The notes under the pieces are model-generated. The model made no database searches, was not told where the DNA came from, and saw only the letters and a list, made by a program, of their open reading frames with translations. Made by a program: the position numbers and the translations under genes. This document shows, in pieces, positions 59,537 to 64,000 of a stretch of DNA of 64,000 nucleotides (its first letter is position 1; each line of letters starts with the position of its first letter). Location of the stretch: contig CAWIIP010000002.1 of the NCBI GenBank assembly GCA_963836235.1, positions 1,024,001 through 1,088,000 on the forward strand, in the 5' to 3' direction. The stretch is from an uncultured Pseudomonadota bacterium. GTDB lineage: Bacteria > Oederibacteriota > Muellerivitia > Muellerivitales > Muellerivitaceae.

Positions 59537-62500
59537 TTACCTTACGACTAAAAGTTTGGTAACGAACCTGCCTTGGGGCGTTTGGATTACGACGTAATAG
59601 AGCCCGTTGGCCAAGGGCTTCCCGTCCCTGTCCGTCAAGGGTAAAGAAATGTCTAATATTCCCGCAGAAACATTGAACAAGGTGATCTGGTTTACTTTCC
59701 GGAAAGCCAGGGTGAAGACCTCCACCTTCACTTGGGCCGCGAATGACACCAAGGAAACCTGTACCGTCACTGGTCCCGGACCCGTTGCCGGATTGGGATA
59801 AACAATCATCGTGGCCTCTGGAGTGGGCGTGGTAGATGGTGTCCCCGTCGGTGTAGAAGAGGAAGTCACTACCGTCGTAGAGGTGGGCGTCTGAGTGGCG
59901 GTGGCTATCGTGACTGTCGCTCCACTTACCGGCATACCGCTGAAAAGAACCGCTTCCCCGTTTGTCCCAGCGCCCCCTGTCACGCTGAACTCGTAAGTTC
60001 CTGCGGGTGCGCTAGTCGAAAAGTTCACCACCACTTCATAGGTCACCGCACCGTTACTCGGCGGTATTACGTTATTGAGACTAAAGATCGCCGTCGATCC
60101 GCTGAATGTTCCGGAAGAAATGACCGTCCCACCATCCACCAACGATATGGAAGTGATTGCCATAGGAGAAGTTCCTGATTCCGTAAGGGTCAAGCTGTTC
60201 ATCGTGACCGCATTGTTCCCCGGATTGGTCAGTTGGATTTGCTGAACCGTGACTCCTGCCGCCCCCGGAAGTTGAGTGGAGTTATTCGGAGGGCTTGAAC
60301 CTTGGGAAGCCGATACAGTTACGACAGTGGGTGTGGCCGTTAATGTAACAGTCAAAGTGGCTGTTAAGCTGGCCGTTGGGGTTGTCGTACGAGTCGGGGT
60401 ATTCGTCACTGTATGGGTTGGAGTTGCCGTAGTGGTTTGAGTAGCCGTATTGGCCAGGGTATTGGTAGGAGTGTAGGTTGTTGTTTTAGTAGCCGTATTC
60501 GAGGCGGTAGGTGTCGTACTATCGGTGGTTGTATTCGTAAAGGTACTGGTGGCAGTCGTCGTGGCTGTATTGGTCGCGGTATTGGCTAAGGTATTCGTGG
60601 GTGTGGAAGAAGCCGTCGGGGTTGCTGTGTTTGAGGTTGTGGCGGTTGGGCTGTTAGTAGCTGTCTTCGTCGAGGAACTCGTGGCGGTCGGGGTGGGCGT
60701 ATTGGTGGCACTATTGGCTAAGGTGTTGGTCGGCGTAAAGCTAGTGGTTCGGGTGGCTGTGTTTGTTGTTGTCATGGTTGGAGTATTAGTCGCAGTTTCG
60801 GCCAAAGTATTGGTCGGCGTTGAAGAAGCTGTTTGAGTAGCCGTATTCGCCAAGGTATTCGTGGATGTTAAAGAAGCCGTTGGAGTCTGGGTATTTGAGG
60901 CGGTAGCCGTCGGACTATTAGTAGCGGTATTCGAAGCAGTCATCGTAGGACTGTTGGTCGCAGTATTTGCCAGTGTATTCGTAGGAGTCGCCGTGGCAGT
61001 ATTGGATAGGGTATTGGTCGGGGTTAAAGTTACCGTTTTGGTAACGGTATTCGAAGCGGTTGTTGTGGCACTGTTGGTGGCGGTATTCGCCAGGGTAGTG
61101 GTAGGTGTCGCAGTAGCGGTTTGGGTCGCAGTATTGGGCAGGGTGTTAGTAGGGGTCGAAGTCAAGCTATTGGTTGGGGTGAATGTCGTCGTCTTCGTTG
61201 CCGTATTCGTCGGCGTGGAAGTAACCGAGGTCGTCGGTGAGCTGGTTTGGGTGTTTGTACGGCTGGCTGTGGGAGTCGAAGTAGTGGTGGAACTGGGGGT
61301 TGAAGTGACCGTCCGCGTGGCGGTATTGGACACCGTCGCGGTGGGGCTGTTGGTTCGGGTGACCGTCGGTGAAAGCGTAGGTGTCGGGCTGTTGCCTCCC
61401 GGCGTGGGGGTGGGCGTGGCATAACCGGTCAATTCCAATCGCACATAGTCATACTCAAAACCTTCACCCAGACTGGCTCCACCGGTCGGCCGTAGGCCGA
61501 TGTCGATCTCGTTTGTACCCGTCTTCAGTTTATTACCTGCGAAATCCAGGTAGGCGTCGCCCCAGTCCCCCTGAGAACCCAGGCGGAGGATCGAGTCGAA
61601 ACTGACGTTCGGCGGGTAGAAACCGGTAGTCGCGTTGGTGATCGTAGTGTAGTTGCCGTCCGTGGAAGCCATGAGCGAAGCGGTTTGGATGGTCCCATTG
61701 ATCGTGAGGATACAGGCCGAACTAAAGGCGGAGGCGAAGGCCATATAAAGCCGGGCGTTTTGGGCCGCCGTGGGCGCGGTCGCCAGGTTAAAAAAGATCT
61801 TGGACGTTGACCCGGCGTAGCCTGTCCCGGAAGGAACAGTGGGCTGGCAATAGTTCCAGTCGGTTCCAGGATCGCTCGTCCCCACCACAAAGCTGACCCC
61901 GTTAGGATATTGGGTCGGATAGGCCATAAACCCACCCCAAGTCGCCGGAACATCATAAGGGGGGCCGCCCGCATAGGCCGGCAGGATGCCGCTATAGGGC
62001 GTCGAAAGATGTTCCCCGTTATTAAATTCGTTGGAGTCCCGATCCGGTGTGCCGATTTCCCACACCGTGGGCCCCAAACGCAAAGGCGACCAGGTAAGGG
62101 CGCCCAGGTTCAAGGACTGGCCTGCGGTCACGGTAACGTTCGCCTGCTCAAAGGTGCCGACCACGCCGGGACCAAAAGCCCAGAGGTTATAAGTGCCGGG
62201 CAAAATGTTAGGGATAGTAAAACTGCCGCCCGTCCCCGTTTTAACCCAGAACTGGCTGGTTAGGTACTGTTGTTGGAAATCCACCCCCCCGTCGACCGGC
62301 CCCAGCCCGATCCAAAGGCTGACCGGCGAGGTTCCCGGATTGTAGGGGTCGTTGATGGCGAGGGTACCGCTCACCGTGGCGCGGCCGGACGCCTGGGGAT
62401 AGACCGTGCCGGTTCCACCGGCCACCGGCTGGGGATTGAACCAGGTATAAGGCCAAGCACCCTGCTCGGCGGCGGCTTGCGCCTGCGCGTCGGCCCAAAG

Positions 62501-63496
62501 GACCCGGGCCTTCAGGGAAACGGGATCACTGGAGGCACCGGTATACTGGTTGGCGTAAATGAAAGCCGGTCCGAAGGTTTTGGACGAGAAACTTCCTGCG
62601 GGCTGGTCTTGAGTGAGGCCGAACCCATAGTGCCCGCCTCCGAACATATCCAGCAATGTGTTGCCGATGTGCTCCGTGAGCTCCCGATGCATGGGGCCAC
62701 CATCTTCAAACTCGTGGCTGGGCAGCGTCTGCCAGACGCCGTAATTGGTGGTCGAGGAGGCCCAGCCCCAGGTGTTGACCTTTCCCAGGGGAGCGCTGTA
62801 GGAATATTTACAATTCGTCAGTCCATTATAGATTCCAGCGGTATATTGCATCACTTCCGGGGGCGCTCCCGCCACTGTCGTGACCGCGGTACTGGGAGGA
62901 GCCATCTGCCTGAACCGGTAAGGGTCCACGGCCAGCCAGTCGAAGATCGAACCCACGTACATGTTGGTGCGTAGTTCGGCGCCGAGATAGTCGGGGTAGC
63001 TGGCCTCGTGGGTGAGAATCATCGTATCGTAGATGCCCTGCTGTCCGCGTAAGAGATCGTAATAGACGGCCATGTCCATGGGGCTGGCCGTTGATTGGAG
63101 CCACACTTCCGCCTGGTTGCCGCCGTTGTTGGCGGGATTTACGGTCAGCGTATAGACGGGGTTCGCCAGGGTGGGCCCGCCAGAGCCGTCGAAGTAAAAA
63201 TACCCGCCGCCATTGCCTCCAGCCAGAAGGTTCGTGCCGTTATAGGTGAAATTCGTGACATTACCGTTGGTTGTGTTGATGACAAAGGAGACAATGCCAT
63301 TGGCTAGCGTAACGTTGGTGCCGTTTTGGGTCACGGTTACGTTGGCTCCGGTGCCGGTACCACCGCCGGGAACGTTGGCTTGAGATAAACATGGGGTTAA
63401 GAAAAGAATCGCAAATCCAAAAAGCCTGGCCCATCCCGATAATTTTAGGGTCAAGGGGATAAAATCGGTTTCATTTGAAGACATGGAAAATTTCAA
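59537..63496 (-). CDS. Secreted PL4 rhamnogalacturonan lyase-like + stalk + unassigned domain + conserved tail
   Basis: GGP...L, GGHYG, QFW....G.FTIPN..PGTY.L, WEIG.PDR...EF, DWNY, YDY.RLE. Start uncertain. Confidence 0.87.
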   Translation of the reverse strand: MKFSMSSNETDFIPLTLKLSGWARLFGFAILFLTPCLSQANVPGGGTGTGANVTVTQNGTNVTLANGIVSFVINTTNGNVTNFTYNGTNLLAGGNGGGYFYFDGSGGPTLANPVYTLTVNPANNGGNQAEVWLQSTASPMDMAVYYDLLRGQQGIYDTMILTHEASYPDYLGAELRTNMYVGSIFDWLAVDPYRFRQMAPPSTAVTTVAGAPPEVMQYTAGIYNGLTNCKYSYSAPLGKVNTWGWASSTTNYGVWQTLPSHEFEDGGPMHRELTEHIGNTLLDMFGGGHYGFGLTQDQPAGSFSSKTFGPAFIYANQYTGASSDPVSLKARVLWADAQAQAAAEQGAWPYTWFNPQPVAGGTGTVYPQASGRATVSGTLAINDPYNPGTSPVSLWIGLGPVDGGVDFQQQYLTSQFWVKTGTGGSFTIPNILPGTYNLWAFGPGVVGTFEQANVTVTAGQSLNLGALTWSPLRLGPTVWEIGTPDRDSNEFNNGEHLSTPYSGILPAYAGGPPYDVPATWGGFMAYPTQYPNGVSFVVGTSDPGTDWNYCQPTVPSGTGYAGSTSKIFFNLATAPTAAQNARLYMAFASAFSSACILTINGTIQTASLMASTDGNYTTITNATTGFYPPNVSFDSILRLGSQGDWGDAYLDFAGNKLKTGTNEIDIGLRPTGGASLGEGFEYDYVRLELTGYATPTPTPGGNSPTPTLSPTVTRTNSPTATVSNTATRTVTSTPSSTTTSTPTASRTNTQTSSPTTSVTSTPTNTATKTTTFTPTNSLTSTPTNTLPNTATQTATATPTTTLANTATNSATTTASNTVTKTVTLTPTNTLSNTATATPTNTLANTATNSPTMTASNTATNSPTATASNTQTPTASLTSTNTLANTATQTASSTPTNTLAETATNTPTMTTTNTATRTTSFTPTNTLANSATNTPTPTATSSSTKTATNSPTATTSNTATPTASSTPTNTLANTATNTATTTATSTFTNTTTDSTTPTASNTATKTTTYTPTNTLANTATQTTTATPTHTVTNTPTRTTTPTASLTATLTVTLTATPTVVTVSASQGSSPPNNSTQLPGAAGVTVQQIQLTNPGNNAVTMNSLTLTESGTSPMAITSISLVDGGTVISSGTFSGSTAIFSLNNVIPPSNGAVTYEVVVNFSTSAPAGTYEFSVTGGAGTNGEAVLFSGMPVSGATVTIATATQTPTSTTVVTSSSTPTGTPSTTPTPEATMIVYPNPATGPGPVTVQVSLVSFAAQVKVEVFTLAFRKVNQITLFNVSAGILDISLPLTDRDGKPLANGLYYVVIQTPQGRFVTKLLVVR

Positions 63497-63713
63497 TTTC
63501 CGCCGCCATCTGTTAAATTTTGGAATCCCCGCTTGTCAAAGCTGGGATGGGATAGACTCTCTCATACCTTGGATTCAAGCCTAGATGGTTTTATTCCCTT
63601 TTTTAAAAAAATTTACCTATATTTTTGAATTTACCGTTTAAACAAGAAAAAAGCCAAAAAAGACATGTGATTCATGGATTTTCGACATAAGCCAACAACT
63701 GGAGTGAAAAAGC

Positions 63714-64000
63714 CTACTTTTGAATCGCTAGCACTTTGGGCTTAAACCGGTCTTCCCTTCCCGAATCGTACTTCAGGTCTATCTGGTAAAAGTAATGTCC
63801 TGGCGCAAAGGCCTGGATATTGAGCTCACTTTGTTGGACCCCGGCTGGTTTCGTATCCTCTAGGCTTCCCGCCAGAACGCCCGAAGCGTTCCACACCCGG
63901 ATATCGGCCTTTCCACTTTCCGCCATGTTATAGACGAAACTGACTGTGGGGCCGCTGGAAGGATTGGAGTAAACATAGGGTTGGTTGCCGGGCGCCGGGG
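63714..64000 (-). CDS. C-terminal end of another protein with a FlgD-Ig/T9SS-like tail (partial)
   Basis: Open to the window edge: PYVYSNPSSGPTVSFVY...IRVWNASG...APGHYFY...KVLAIQK. Confidence 0.75.
   Translation of the reverse strand, partial: PAPGNQPYVYSNPSSGPTVSFVYNMAESGKADIRVWNASGVLAGSLEDTKPAGVQQSELNIQAFAPGHYFYQIDLKYDSGREDRFKPKVLAIQK

Noticed and set aside
30447-61424. Long Val-rich plus-strand ORFs (e.g. 38815-40029, 44152-45696, 47741-49060; also 10832-11788)
   Set aside because: Antisense shadows of the Thr-rich (ACN) repeats; they coincide with the stalks and have no independent coding features.
29591-63496. Cellulosome (cohesin-dockerin) interpretation
   Set aside because: No duplicated Ca-binding dockerin repeats or scaffoldin recognisable.

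Overview
Bacterial chromosome segment with almost all genes on the minus strand and no RNA genes, CRISPR array or mobile element visible. Four blocks: (1) 1-9.6 kb: a partial secreted IgGFc-binding-type protein, a GH94 phosphorylase and a CoA-binding/YbhB/TPM/nucleotidyltransferase/YbhB/LemA cluster. (2) 10-17.5 kb: a large secreted beta-propeller protein with a Thr-rich stalk, ArsR-SRPBCC, a third YbhB/YbcL paralog and a beta-propeller lipoprotein. (3) 17.7-29.2 kb: a split-cytochrome-b Rieske/cyt b complex with an octaheme cytochrome c and heme A/O, SCO and DUF420 assembly genes, but no oxidase subunit genes. (4) 29.6-64 kb, the most striking part: nine large plant-cell-wall enzymes (2x GH30, CE4-like, GH51-like clan GH-A, GH28, PL1, GH43, GH53, PL4). 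Eight share the plan signal peptide - catalytic domain - 340-490 aa Thr/Ser/Pro stalk - optional unassigned ~140 aa domain - conserved ~90 aa C-terminal domain resembling a T9SS/FlgD-Ig sorting tail with an 'FTxAFRKV' signature; GH53 is instead a lipoprotein. Roughly 0.9-1.4 kb of stalk/tail DNA is near-identical between genes with unrelated catalytic heads. The array also holds two paralogous ~600 aa AraC regulators and recurring TGWAACCGGTTWCA palindromes. All family calls are from motif recognition by eye, not database searches.
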